Below, in pieces: positions 26,683-35,750 of a stretch of 64,000 nt of DNA (positions are counted from its first letter, which is position 1; every line of letters begins with the position of its first letter). The translations under genes and the position numbers were made by a program. The notes beneath the pieces are model-generated. The model was given only the letters and a program-made list of their open reading frames with translations. It did no database searches and was not told the origin of the DNA. The stretch covers positions 1-64,000 of IMG/VR virus record IMGVR_UViG_3300008255_000111; one strand, 5' to 3'. Origin of the DNA: a virus.

Positions 26683-27618
26683 CTATTCGATACCTAGTTT
26701 GTGTTTCACATAGCTTGCCAAAGGCATGTTGTGCGCCATCGCACCTTCAACAAGCAGATCATATTGCTCAGGACTCACAGCAAAGTTGACCTGCACAGCC
26801 TTTTCAACGCCGTAAGCCGGAGACGGCCCAGGAGTCCTCAGCTTCACACCAACTCGACTCAGCGCTGACCAGATCGTGCTGATCGACGTGTTAAATGACT
26901 CCGCAAGATCGAAAAGCGTAGCCCCCGCCTCGTAGCGCACCATAACTTCCACCAAGTCTTCGCCCTGGATCTTGTGGCGCGAGGGGGGAAGTGCGGCGAC
27001 GATCTCACGTTCAAGACTGACATCGACTTTGATATGTGCAAGCGCATGATCTGCAACGATGGTGCTTTTCTGGGGCTCGTGGCTTGACTCGACGATCTCA
27101 ATCTTCTCATCAAGCAAGTGCTCAGCTCGCGCAAGCGCTTCATCTGACACATCCCTTATCATCATCATGACCGAGGGCTCCAATCCCACTACGGGGTGCG
27201 CCCGACTTCCACGTCGAGCGACCTTGGGCTCGATGAGGATACAGTCTGGATGGGCTTTGATGTCGCCATCACGCCCCTCGCGCAAAAGCAGCACACGACC
27301 AAAGGCGATCATGCGCTTGTCATAGTCGCAAAGCCTCGTCAGTTGAAAGAAGCTAAGCCTGATGGTGTGACTGCGGCGCGGCTCTCCCTCCACACAACAG
27401 TCTCCAAACAGCTCAATCAGCGAGCGCTTTAGGGAGGTGAGCGTGTCGTGACCTTCAGCCACAAAGCGACTGAAATGCCACAGCTTCTTCTGAGCTGACC
27501 ACTTCCCTCCATTTTGGTGTGCGAGCGTAAGCAGGTTGGCGTGATAAGGCGCCGTCAGTGAAATGATCTCACCATCGACGCTCAGGCGCACCTCCGGGCC
27601 GCTCTTAATCTTGGTCAT
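26683..27618 (-). CDS. multidomain protein with C-terminal HTH
   Basis: APYHANL...GGKWS...WHF N-domain; RYEAGATLFDLAESFNTSISTIWSAL HTH. Confidence 0.65.
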   Translation of the reverse strand: MTKIKSGPEVRLSVDGEIISLTAPYHANLLTLAHQNGGKWSAQKKLWHFSRFVAEGHDTLTSLKRSLIELFGDCCVEGEPRRSHTIRLSFFQLTRLCDYDKRMIAFGRVLLLREGRDGDIKAHPDCILIEPKVARRGSRAHPVVGLEPSVMMMIRDVSDEALARAEHLLDEKIEIVESSHEPQKSTIVADHALAHIKVDVSLEREIVAALPPSRHKIQGEDLVEVMVRYEAGATLFDLAESFNTSISTIWSALSRVGVKLRTPGPSPAYGVEKAVQVNFAVSPEQYDLLVEGAMAHNMPLASYVKHKLGIE

Positions 27619-27621
27619 CGG

Positions 27622-27963
27622 TCAATCATCCTTATGGTGGGCATCCACCCAAGCGTCTAAGCTCGGGTAGAGGTTGGATCTATCAATGCTCACCGGCCAC
27701 GTCTCTCCCGCCTTTTGAGTCCTGGCGATGATCATCAGCACGATGTTGCTTCGGTGTTTGCCATCGTTGACCAGCGTGCCTGCCGCCCCTGCGCAGAATG
27801 ACGAGTGAGCTGGACCATTACCAAGGGTCTTGTGACAGGTGAAGTCGCCGTTGTCTTCAAGGTTGCTCCTGACCTGCTCAGCCTCGTGAGGCTCAAAGTA
27901 CGGCTGGCGATCTGACCTAAATGGGCATTCTGAGCACGGTCTTTTGAGGCGCACATCATTCAT
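27622..27963 (-). CDS. Cys/His zinc-binding protein (DUF6283-like), paralogue A
   Basis: PCSECPFR...FTCHKT...FCAGA. Confidence 0.7.
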   Translation of the reverse strand: MNDVRLKRPCSECPFRSDRQPYFEPHEAEQVRSNLEDNGDFTCHKTLGNGPAHSSFCAGAAGTLVNDGKHRSNIVLMIIARTQKAGETWPVSIDRSNLYPSLDAWVDAHHKDD

Positions 27964-27966
27964 ATC

Positions 27967-28323
27967 TCAGTCCTCCTCATAGTGAGCCTCAACCCACTCC
28001 TCAAGGCTGGGATAAAGCTCAGAGCTGTCTATGTTCTCGGGCCATAACTTTGCCGGATCTTCGCGCGCGATGAGGCGGATCAGCACGTTACTGAAGTGCT
28101 CACCCTCGTTTACCATCGTCCCCACGGCGCCAGCGCAGAACGCGGCCCGCGCCGTGGACGCCTCACCATCGACGCCATAGTCGCAGGTCTTATGACAAGA
28201 GAAGGAACCATCTGATTGAAGCGTGAGTGCAATCTGTTCAGCGCTTTCAGCTCTTAACGCTACTGGCCTATTCGTCCTGAATGGGCAGTCCTCGCACGGC
28301 TTCATCATTCTCGTCATCTTCAC
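27967..28323 (-). CDS. Cys/His zinc-binding protein (DUF6283-like), paralogue B
   Basis: PCEDCPFR...FSCHKT...FCAGA. Confidence 0.7.
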   Translation of the reverse strand: MKMTRMMKPCEDCPFRTNRPVALRAESAEQIALTLQSDGSFSCHKTCDYGVDGEASTARAAFCAGAVGTMVNEGEHFSNVLIRLIAREDPAKLWPENIDSSELYPSLEEWVEAHYEED

Positions 28324-28792
28324 GAGCGCTTCCTTTATTCAAGAGCGACTGGAAAAGAAACAGGTCGCTCGGATTGACAACGTTCGGCGTGGTGTCGCAG
28401 ATGAACGCCTCGCGGTAGAGCGCCTTAACCTCATCAGGAACTTTGAAAAGCTCTTTGCGCTCGTTCCAGGCATCACGCGCGCAGCTCACAAGCGCCTCAT
28501 AAACCTCGTAAGGCATACTTTCCTGGTGATAGCGCAGGCGCTTAATGTTCCAAAGCACTTCGGCCCATGCAAGCTCTTGCGCTTCTTCGGCGGTCTGGCC
28601 GTGAGTCATGCTAAACATGAACTCGCAATCACCTCGACGCCCGACCTCGATACTTACCTTGGCCGCCCATAAGCTGCCGTCGCGCTTGATCTCAGTCGCC
28701 AGCCTGATCGAGCCCTTGAAGTCCTGATAGTTAATGAGGCGGATCGAGATCGCGCGCCAGAGCGGGTCCATCAGGGCATATTGATCCATCAT
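28268..28792 (-). CDS. hypothetical protein
   Basis: GAGG RBS; 174 aa. Confidence 0.6.
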   Translation of the reverse strand: MMDQYALMDPLWRAISIRLINYQDFKGSIRLATEIKRDGSLWAAKVSIEVGRRGDCEFMFSMTHGQTAEEAQELAWAEVLWNIKRLRYHQESMPYEVYEALVSCARDAWNERKELFKVPDEVKALYREAFICDTTPNVVNPSDLFLFQSLLNKGSAREDDENDEAVRGLPIQDE

Positions 28793-28816
28793 AACAAGCC
28801 TCTCATTGAGTCAGCG

Positions 28817-29476
28817 CTAACCGCCAAGGTTAAGCCAGAACGCCGCTTCCTTTTCTGCTGCGCGCTTCGCCATCTCAACATTCTTCGCCGTGCCTTTCAC
28901 TTGGCCCTTGGGGGGAACGCCGATCGACCACTGCGCAGAGCTTCCATCGTCGCGCACCATAAGGTCAGCTCGTGTAGCGCCCATCTTGGCAGTGTAGATC
29001 CCAAGCCCGATGTCCTTCCAGTCGAGCTTGGACTCGGAGAGCGTGTCAAGGCGCTCGTCGTAGTCCCCTGCGACAATGGCAAGCTCTACAACGACACTCA
29101 CGGTCGCGCGCTGACGAACGATCCTCAGCGGGTAGCCGTCTGGGTCCATCTTCTTCGAGAAGATGCCGAGATCGTCTGCTACAACTTTGACTAGCTCGAT
29201 CTTGCTATTTGTCTCATTGAGAGCTTCAAGCAGCGCTTCGCGGCGCGTGACCAAGAACTGATGCGTCGCCTCCACGAGTCGGAACTTGTCCATAGGTTTT
29301 GTGAGCCCGTAGACTAAGACATGGCCCTCGTCGCAGAACACTTCAGCTTTATTGATCTCAAGGCCGCTGCCGTTCATGAACTCCTGATAGCCGACCCTGA
29401 AGTCTTCATCTCGGAATGTGAGGCGGGCTTGATCTTGTTGGTTCTTATCATGCTCAGACTGCATCACAGGCTCCAT
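28817..29476 (-). CDS. hypothetical protein
   Basis: 219-aa ORF. Confidence 0.65.
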   Translation of the reverse strand: MEPVMQSEHDKNQQDQARLTFRDEDFRVGYQEFMNGSGLEINKAEVFCDEGHVLVYGLTKPMDKFRLVEATHQFLVTRREALLEALNETNSKIELVKVVADDLGIFSKKMDPDGYPLRIVRQRATVSVVVELAIVAGDYDERLDTLSESKLDWKDIGLGIYTAKMGATRADLMVRDDGSSAQWSIGVPPKGQVKGTAKNVEMAKRAAEKEAAFWLNLGG

Positions 29477-29481
29477 TTTCA

Positions 29482-29503
29482 GAACTGCAATCGATTGCAG
29501 TTC
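29482..29503. repeat. 16-bp palindrome with short arms
   Basis: GAA-core-TTC. Confidence 0.95.
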
Positions 29504-29512
29504 GTTGACGTG

Positions 29513-29541
29513 ATAGAGCCCGGCACAATGCCGGGCTCTAT
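29513..29541 (-). terminator. hairpin / terminator
   Basis: ATAGAGCCCGGCA-CAA-TGCCGGGCTCTAT. Confidence 0.6.
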
Positions 29542-29556
29542 GCTGACTAGAGCTGA

Positions 29557-29976
29557 CTAGATGTCCTCACCGCTGATCCCGTAGACCTCGGTGCGCGTGT
29601 ATGGATCAAGCCCATAGGCGACGAAAGCAGGAGCCGGGGTGAAGCGCTCCTTCAAGCGCTCGCGCTCTGCCTGCCAAGCGTCATCGTCGTGAGCGATCGT
29701 CAGGTTGAAGTCGCCCTCAGCGAAGCACGCCACGAGCCTCTTTTCCTCGTGAAGCCAGATGCCAAAGTACGATGCGTCTTCTGTCACATCGTACTGCTCC
29801 CATCCTTGCTCTTGCGTGCAGATGTCATTGTCAAAGGTATATCGCGCGCCGCCAACGTGGCAGCGCTTGATCGTCAGGCCTTTGCTCGCTCGTTCCTCGA
29901 CTTCAACGCGCACACCATGAAGCGGGAGGTTGTCGAGCATCCTAAAGACATTAAAAGGGTTTGTACTGCGCTTCAT
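29557..29976 (-). CDS. conserved hypothetical protein (phage/plasmid family)
   Basis: RYTFD...GWEQYD..EDASYFGIW...FAEGD motif; GAGGA RBS. Confidence 0.65.
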   Translation of the reverse strand: MKRSTNPFNVFRMLDNLPLHGVRVEVEERASKGLTIKRCHVGGARYTFDNDICTQEQGWEQYDVTEDASYFGIWLHEEKRLVACFAEGDFNLTIAHDDDAWQAERERLKERFTPAPAFVAYGLDPYTRTEVYGISGEDI

Positions 29977-29999
29977 GGTCCTGTCCTCGTTGGAAAGGT

Positions 30000-30085
30000 C
30001 GCCCCCTTCATTTGGGGGCGCGTGGTAGTGTGGGCGCCTATCGCCCTTGACGACTTCATACTCTATGAATTGCGCCGCTTGTCCA
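30000..30085 (-). promoter_or_regulatory. promoter plus two leader hairpins
   Basis: TGGACA(30080-30085)-N16-GAGTAT; hairpin 30032-30046; CGCCCCC-AAATGAA-GGGGGCG 30000-30020. Confidence 0.7.
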
Positions 30086-30289
30086 GTGAAAAGCGACGCT
30101 GGGCGATGTTTTTTAGAGCGCTTTGATCTGAGCTTCAAGGCGATCAATCTCATCATACATCGCGTTCAGCTCAGCCTGTTGAGCAGCGGGGATGTCATCC
30201 CCCATTCCATCAACTCGCGCTTTTGCTTTTGCTTGCTCATTTGCTGCTCCTGGCGTTCGTTCGTTTGCGTCATCGCTTCCGACAACTTC

Positions 30290-30345
30290 ATACTCGCAGC
30301 GACTTGCCAGCAGGCAAGAGCTTTAACATCGCCAATGGTGCTTTT
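30290..30345 (-). promoter_or_regulatory. promoter with GCACCAT box
   Basis: box 30334-30345; TTGCCT(30312-30317)-N16-GAGTAT. Confidence 0.65.
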
Positions 30346-30623
30346 CGACTGAATGAAAAGCCGAAACACGGTTTTTCAAGAGGGGGCCTTTCCTGACTAG
30401 CTGGAGGGCCTTTATCGAGAGCACCCCTGATGGTGATCTCAGCCGCATTCTACAAGCATTTTCTGACATATTGCTCTCGGAGGGCCTAAAACACGAAAAG
30501 GCCCTCCTTCTCCACCCATCTCAACAACCACGCTTGCCTGCAATCGCCTGGGCGAGCCCTGAGCCCTTTCAAGCCCCTCGCTGCATTTACCCTGATGGTG
30601 CCCTGTAAAAAATAATCGGAGAC

Positions 30624-30673
30624 GTTCAGGAGCGTTCTGAGAGGTTCTGAGAGGTTCTGGAGCGCTCTGGCCG
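30624..30673. repeat. degenerate 10-bp tandem repeat x5
   Basis: GTTCAGGAGC GTTCTGAGAG GTTCTGAGAG GTTCTGGAGC GCTCTGGCCG. Confidence 0.75.
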
Positions 30674-30719
30674 GACTATTAGCTCTAGGGGAGCATCTGT
30701 TTTCAGTCGATCAAGATTA

Positions 30720-30735
30720 CTGCAATCAATTGCAG
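30720..30735. repeat. 16-bp palindrome, central variant
   Basis: CTGCAATCAATTGCAG. Confidence 0.9.
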
Positions 30736-30762
30736 TCACCCCTCCAATGGTGCTCATTCACC

Positions 30763-30969
30763 CTATCCCTTCTGCTCGTCCATCCACTTTACGAGTCTGC
30801 CACGGTTGTTGAGCCCGTGGTGCAGCATCAGCGTGAACGCTTCCTGCGGCTTCAGGTTCAGGCTTTCTGCCATCTTCTCGATCTCGTTCCAGACCTCGCC
30901 CGGTATAATCACGATGCGATCGGCGCCGGGCTCGAACGTGACCTCATCTTCACTCATCAACTTTGGCAT
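30763..30969 (-). CDS. small ribbon-helix-helix-like protein
   Basis: IVIIPGEVWNEIEKMAESLNLKPQEAFTLML. Confidence 0.5.
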   Translation of the reverse strand: MPKLMSEDEVTFEPGADRIVIIPGEVWNEIEKMAESLNLKPQEAFTLMLHHGLNNRGRLVKWMDEQKG

Positions 30970-31145
30970 GGTGCTTCTCCAGTCCTCTCCGGGCCATTCC
31001 CCGCCCCTTTTCAAGCGTTACCTGATTAAACCTGACTAACTAGCCCTGTAAAAAAAGGCGGTAACAAAGCGGTTAGAAAAAATGCGGGGGGGTAGGGGTG
31101 CGGAGCATATTTAGAAAAATTGTGGTTGTGCGATGGTGCGCCAGC

Positions 31146-31463
31146 TCAAAAGAGCGAGCGTTGACCATCAAGGAGTTCAGCGCGCAAGGCGCGTCGTCGA
31201 GCAGCCTGAGCGGGGCTCTTGTCATAGGTGATGTGACAGCGCTGGCATAGGGCTCTGAGGTTGTCGTCTGAGCAGTCGCGCGGGTCGTGGTTAAGGTGAG
31301 CGACAGTAAGGACGATCACCACGTCCTTATCGTGCCGTTGAACGGTGGAGCCGTTAGGCGCGCCACACCATTGACACTGCTGGTTAGCCTGGGCTCGAAT
31401 CCTCAAGCTGATGTCTTTCCAGTCGTCGGGATAGAGAGCGGCCCACCTGGGGTCAATCGGCAT
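31146..31463 (-). CDS. HNH endonuclease
   Basis: YPDDWKDIS..IR...CQWCG...LTVAHLNHDP...NLRALCQRCH. Confidence 0.9.
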   Translation of the reverse strand: MPIDPRWAALYPDDWKDISLRIRAQANQQCQWCGAPNGSTVQRHDKDVVIVLTVAHLNHDPRDCSDDNLRALCQRCHITYDKSPAQAARRRALRAELLDGQRSLF

Positions 31464-31770
31464 GGTGCATCCTGCCATTGGCGAGCTTGACAGTCCTGAC
31501 GCATTCGAGCTTGGCCATGACAAAGTAGCCCTGACTGATGACAATCCCAGCAAAGTCATCGCGCTGAGCTGGGGATGATGAAAGCCAAGTGCGCCTGAAG
31601 CTCTTGCGTGTGTCTGTAAGGTGCTTGGGAGCCTGAGCACAGACATCACTCCAATTGTCGAGCGTGGGGAAGCCTATGGCGTCGGCTGCCTCTAAGAAGG
31701 CGTGATGATGCCAGCGTAGTCCGTCCAAGAATGCTGTCTCTTGCGAAAGGTCTTTAGCGATAGCGCTCAT
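31453..31770 (-). CDS. hypothetical protein
   Basis: overlaps the HNH start. Confidence 0.55.
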   Translation of the reverse strand: MSAIAKDLSQETAFLDGLRWHHHAFLEAADAIGFPTLDNWSDVCAQAPKHLTDTRKSFRRTWLSSSPAQRDDFAGIVISQGYFVMAKLECVRTVKLANGRMHHAD

Positions 31771-31826
31771 GATTTGTGCCTTGATGGTGCGAGTCTGAGG
31801 GTCGCGCGAAGCGGCGCCGGATCAAA

Positions 31827-31854
31827 GCCGGGCTGCAATCGATTGCAGCCCGGC
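31827..31854. repeat. 16-bp palindrome with extended arms
   Basis: GCCGGG-core-CCCGGC, short U-tract on the minus strand. Confidence 0.95.
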
Positions 31855-31859
31855 AAACT

Positions 31860-32414
31860 TCAAGATCCAGAAGACAGCTTGAAGCGAGTCGGCCCGCCAT
31901 CATTTAAGCTCACTGAGCGCGTTGACGAGATGTTGATCGGGCCAGGGTTACTGGCGCACTCGATAGTGGCGAACTTGACGATGTTGAGCCTCTTGCAGAG
32001 GCGCCCGAAGATCGTAGCCAGCTCACAAGTCGAGATTGAAGCCCCACTGCTTAAGGCTCCACGAGGCTCAGGCTTGGAGAGGTAGAAGAAACTCAACTCC
32101 TCCACTTTACCATTAAGAGTCTCGCCGCTGACCTCAACCTCGTAAAGCGCTATCGGATAACTGGCCCTCTTAGGAATGTTGCGAAGCTGCTCATGCACGA
32201 CCTCAAAGAGCGCATAAGGGTCGAGCCAATCACTGCACCTGTACCTGAAGTGCGTTTCCCAGAGCATCGTATGGACGTTATTTTTGATCTCGACGACCTC
32301 GATGCCTATCGTCGTTTTGATCTCTAGGGAGCCGCCTTTACCAAAGGACGACTCACTGCGCTCTTGAGTGATCTTGACGTGGAAGGGAGAGTCTTCGCGA
32401 TAGTCGCGATACAC
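31860..32414 (-). CDS. hypothetical protein
   Basis: 184-aa ORF, start uncertain. Confidence 0.55.
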   Translation of the reverse strand: MYRDYREDSPFHVKITQERSESSFGKGGSLEIKTTIGIEVVEIKNNVHTMLWETHFRYRCSDWLDPYALFEVVHEQLRNIPKRASYPIALYEVEVSGETLNGKVEELSFFYLSKPEPRGALSSGASISTCELATIFGRLCKRLNIVKFATIECASNPGPINISSTRSVSLNDGGPTRFKLSSGS

Positions 32415-32566
32415 CTCGTAGGTCGCTGACTTTGAAGACTTGCGTTCATGGCTGAGCTGAGCCTGTGTTCATCTCGTGATACTCAAGAAGGTTGAGCTTG
32501 GATATGACGGCCATCTTAAACCTGGGGGTTGGGAGTTGACGATTTGAGAACTCGTGAGCGCTTGTT

Positions 32567-32857
32567 TCAGCGCCCTCGGGGGATGGGCATGGGATAGCGC
32601 GAGCGCTCTGGGGTAGTTGACTGTCTATGGGCTGCCAAGACCTTGTTGACTTGCTTGAGCATCACCTCGTATGTGATGCCGTAGCCCATGTGGGCCATCT
32701 TTCGCGAAAGCACATCTGCGATGCGATCTCGCGAAAGGCCGTTCAAAAAGTGGCAGTCGATGATGTCTTGAGCCATTCTGGGATGCTCAAGGATTTGACG
32801 ATGCTGATGGCTCACTGGCTTGCTTTCGTCTGGTCGAAACTTCATGGCTTGCTCCAA
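32567..32857 (-). CDS. small HTH-like protein
   Basis: HFLNGLSRDRIADVLS. Confidence 0.5.
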   Translation of the reverse strand: MEQAMKFRPDESKPVSHQHRQILEHPRMAQDIIDCHFLNGLSRDRIADVLSRKMAHMGYGITYEVMLKQVNKVLAAHRQSTTPERSRYPMPIPRGR

Positions 32858-33068
32858 GGATTGAAGGGGGTGTCGTTTGGGTTGCTGACCCTTTAACTAA
32901 TAGCACCTCAGCAACTTGCGTCCATTGAAAAACAGACGCTGATGGTGCTTTTATATCTGGAGATTCTGGCGCATGAAGTGCGATGGTGAGCTGTGATGAT
33001 TGACTGAGCGAGCGCTAGGCCCCCTAGCCCTGGATGTGGCATTTAGCTGCTCTAAGCGCGCGCTCTAA

Positions 33069-33260
33069 GCCCTGTCTAGGGCGGCAGCTTGAAACTTGAG
33101 GTATAGGTCGCCTCGTTGAGCTGACTCGTCTTAAGCGATTCTAGGGCCTTGGCACTAGCCCTGTCTAGGGCGTGAGCTGAAGACTTGAGGTATAGGGTTG
33201 GATGTCTAAGATGAATCGTCTTGGGCGATTCTATGGGCTTTAAAACTGGCCCTGTATAGG
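33069..33260. repeat. ~90-bp degenerate tandem repeat (2 units plus partial third)
   Basis: units start GCCCTGT(C/A)TAGG at 33069, 33158, 33249; shared ACTTGAGGTATAGG and TCGTCTT..GCGATTCTA blocks. Confidence 0.85.
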
Positions 33261-33293
33261 TTTGAGGCCCCTGACTCGGTGTGAAGTAGGCGC

Positions 33294-33321
33294 AAAAAAA
33301 GCCCCCCTCGCAAGGGGGGCT
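33294..33321 (-). terminator. intrinsic terminator
   Basis: AGCCCCCC/GGGGGGCT stem with a U7 tract on the minus strand. Confidence 0.8.
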
Positions 33322-33346
33322 CTAAGGGGGGCTCTAGAGGTAAGGG

Positions 33347-34135
33347 TTACACTAAGAGGCTTTTAGCGCGCTTGAGTAGCGAAGCGGCGATTTTGGCGTT
33401 AAGCGCCTCGTCGCTGCGCTTCTGCGCTGCTTTGATGTCCTCGGTTGGGTTAGCGCGCTGTTGGATGATTCTATGGGCACCTTCTAGGTATAGGATCGAC
33501 TCGTGTAATGAGGTAGTGATGCACGCCCTGCTTAGCGTGTAGAAGTCTCTATGGCGATCTAAGAAGATCGCGAGAGGATCTTGATCTGCGTTGCCTGTAA
33601 TGGCGAGCTTAAGTTTAAGCGCGTCTAACTCCCTACTCAGCGCGCTGACGCTCATTTTGCGAGCTAAGCAGTCTTCTTGAGCTTGAAGCGCAACTGAGAT
33701 GAGCTGCTTAAGCTCCTCGTGGGCGTTCCTGTCCTCGTGAGTGAGATGCCCTTCGACTAGGCGCTTACTATTGAAAAGGCTGGGGTCGTCCCATTTGGCC
33801 TCGAAGACTTCGCGGCGCTGCTCGAAGATCGCTCTATGGAGCGATAGGTTGCTAAACTCGTAGCACTTGATGAGCTGGTCGCCTAAAGGAAGGTAGGCGT
33901 TGAGCGCCTTACTAGATGGCGTGTTGTTAAACTTAAGATGCCCGTAGGCCCTCTTGATGTTTGGCGTCTTATGCTCGTCCCAGAAGAATGGGATGTCCCC
34001 TTCTGCGAACCTCTGCTTGAGGTAGTGCAAAACTGGCTGAGCGAGTTCTGGCCTCTGGAGCTTGAGCGCGTTGATAAGGTCTTCGTTGCTGCTCTTGGGG
34101 TTGTGGCATGTGCTTCTAAGCTCTGAAAATGACAT
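33347..34135 (-). CDS. hypothetical protein, F(G/S)xLRS N-terminal family
   Basis: MSFSELRSTCHNP; own promoter and terminator. Confidence 0.7.
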   Translation of the reverse strand: MSFSELRSTCHNPKSSNEDLINALKLQRPELAQPVLHYLKQRFAEGDIPFFWDEHKTPNIKRAYGHLKFNNTPSSKALNAYLPLGDQLIKCYEFSNLSLHRAIFEQRREVFEAKWDDPSLFNSKRLVEGHLTHEDRNAHEELKQLISVALQAQEDCLARKMSVSALSRELDALKLKLAITGNADQDPLAIFLDRHRDFYTLSRACITTSLHESILYLEGAHRIIQQRANPTEDIKAAQKRSDEALNAKIAASLLKRAKSLLV

Positions 34136-34200
34136 TTTGCCGCTCGTGTTTGAAGGTTGGGTTAAAGGGCGTTGCAGCGGGTTGGGCTGCTGTTGATTTA

Positions 34201-34228
34201 AGTCTGGATTGAACTAGCCTGAGCGCAA
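34201..34228 (-). promoter_or_regulatory. promoter
   Basis: TTGCGC-TCAGGCTAGTTCAATC-CAGACT with A-rich upstream tract. Confidence 0.7.
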
Positions 34229-34426
34229 GTGTTTTTTGATATTGGATGCGTTTTTTATTAGCGTTTAACTAGCTTTAACTGAGCTTTGCGTGAGCTGTTT
34301 GATAGTTGAGTGGCGATGATTGAGCTGGAAGCCTGACTAGCGTTTTACTAGAGCTTTGCATGTTGTGTTGTGGGCGGCAGCGCACCTTACTTTATACTTT
34401 ATAACTTAAGATGCGCTGCGAGAAGC

Positions 34427-35671
34427 CTACTTGGTGGAGTAGCGCTTGCCTGTCGTGACGATGTAGCGATCGTGGTTGTCCTCATCTGACTCGGCGCGCT
34501 TCATCTTCTCGACCTCAATGTGGCTCAGGTCAACGTGTCCCCAGGTGCAAAGCACGTTCCCCATGTGCTCGCCCAGGGTGTTGATAAGGTGCCTGATATG
34601 GGAGGCGAGCCCTTCGACATCCACGCGGTCGCCGTAGAACAGCCTGGAGGTGTGGTTGTAGCCAAGCTCGATGAGCAGCTTGTCGATCCCGGCCCGCGTG
34701 GCCTCATCTAGCTCAAGCTCACCGACTAGGGCGCTGTCCCTTTTCATCAGCTTCACGGCATGAAGTGCGTCGTCAACTGCCGCCTTGATGCTCGCGTTCG
34801 CATCGAGCATGTTAGGTGCCAATGCACCAGCGCGACGATAGTGGTTGCTCTCTCCCACGATCGTAAAAGGCAGCTCATGAGAGCTGATGCCATTAAGCGC
34901 ATCGACGACATGCTCGATCAGGCATCGCGCCAGGATGAAGTCTTGAGGCACAGCGATTCCAAGGTAGTCATCCCCTGGATCAAGCAGCTTATATTGAAGC
35001 GCGAGCGCTTCTAGCGCTTCCAGCGTGCTCGCATCCTCGAACGATTCGTCCCAATACTCGTCAAGGTTGCTGAAGCCCTGATCTTGCTCGCGCAAGATCG
35101 CTCGGACCTTCTCGATGGCTCGGGGTAGACCGTCATCGGGGTAGAGGTCATCTACCTCGGCGGACCGTGCATTGTAGTACAACTCGCGCCAGTGCTTGAC
35201 CAGCCTTGCGTCGCGTTTGTCCTTGGGATCTTCGGGCTCCTCGGCGGCGCTGATCATCTCTTTGAAGCGCTCAAGCAAGTCCTTGATCCAACGATCATAA
35301 AGGTCTTGCTGCGCTAGCTTTAAGTCCTGCTTAGGAGGGCGGCGTGTGGCTCTGATGAGGTTATCGATAAAGGTCACATCGTCCTGCTGCCTAAGCGCCT
35401 TGATCTGGCGAATGAAGGTGCTGTCACCCCTTGGGGAGAACTCATAGCTGCGCTTAATGGGCTCAGGCAGCTTGATCACTAAGGGTTGCTCCATGCCGAT
35501 GATGTAGACGCGCTCACCGTCCTGATGCGGATTCAGGCTCTTGATCAGTCGGATCGTGTGAGGGTTTCTATGGTCGGTGAAGGCGATCTTGATCTCATAC
35601 TCATCAAAGTGGATCGCGCAGTTGTATCGACCAATGGTCTTGTGGGGCTCTTTGTTGAAGTGAAACTGCAT
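34427..35671 (-). CDS. hypothetical protein
   Basis: AGGAG RBS before MQFHF. Confidence 0.7.
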   Translation of the reverse strand: MQFHFNKEPHKTIGRYNCAIHFDEYEIKIAFTDHRNPHTIRLIKSLNPHQDGERVYIIGMEQPLVIKLPEPIKRSYEFSPRGDSTFIRQIKALRQQDDVTFIDNLIRATRRPPKQDLKLAQQDLYDRWIKDLLERFKEMISAAEEPEDPKDKRDARLVKHWRELYYNARSAEVDDLYPDDGLPRAIEKVRAILREQDQGFSNLDEYWDESFEDASTLEALEALALQYKLLDPGDDYLGIAVPQDFILARCLIEHVVDALNGISSHELPFTIVGESNHYRRAGALAPNMLDANASIKAAVDDALHAVKLMKRDSALVGELELDEATRAGIDKLLIELGYNHTSRLFYGDRVDVEGLASHIRHLINTLGEHMGNVLCTWGHVDLSHIEVEKMKRAESDEDNHDRYIVTTGKRYSTK

Positions 35672-35709
35672 CTCGGGCTCTCCTGCGGGTTGAATAGGTG
35701 ACTTGGATG

Positions 35710-35735
35710 AATGACTGCAATCGATTGCAGTCATT
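35710..35735. repeat. 16-bp palindrome with extended arms
   Basis: AATGA-core-TCATT. Confidence 0.95.
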
Positions 35736-35750
35736 GTCTCGACTTGAAGA

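Noticed and set aside
34427-35734. Peptide motifs AIDCS / LQSIA / CNRLQ shared by many ORF ends
   Set aside because: They are simply translations of the DNA palindrome in over-extended ORF calls; true starts lie downstream, with an RBS.
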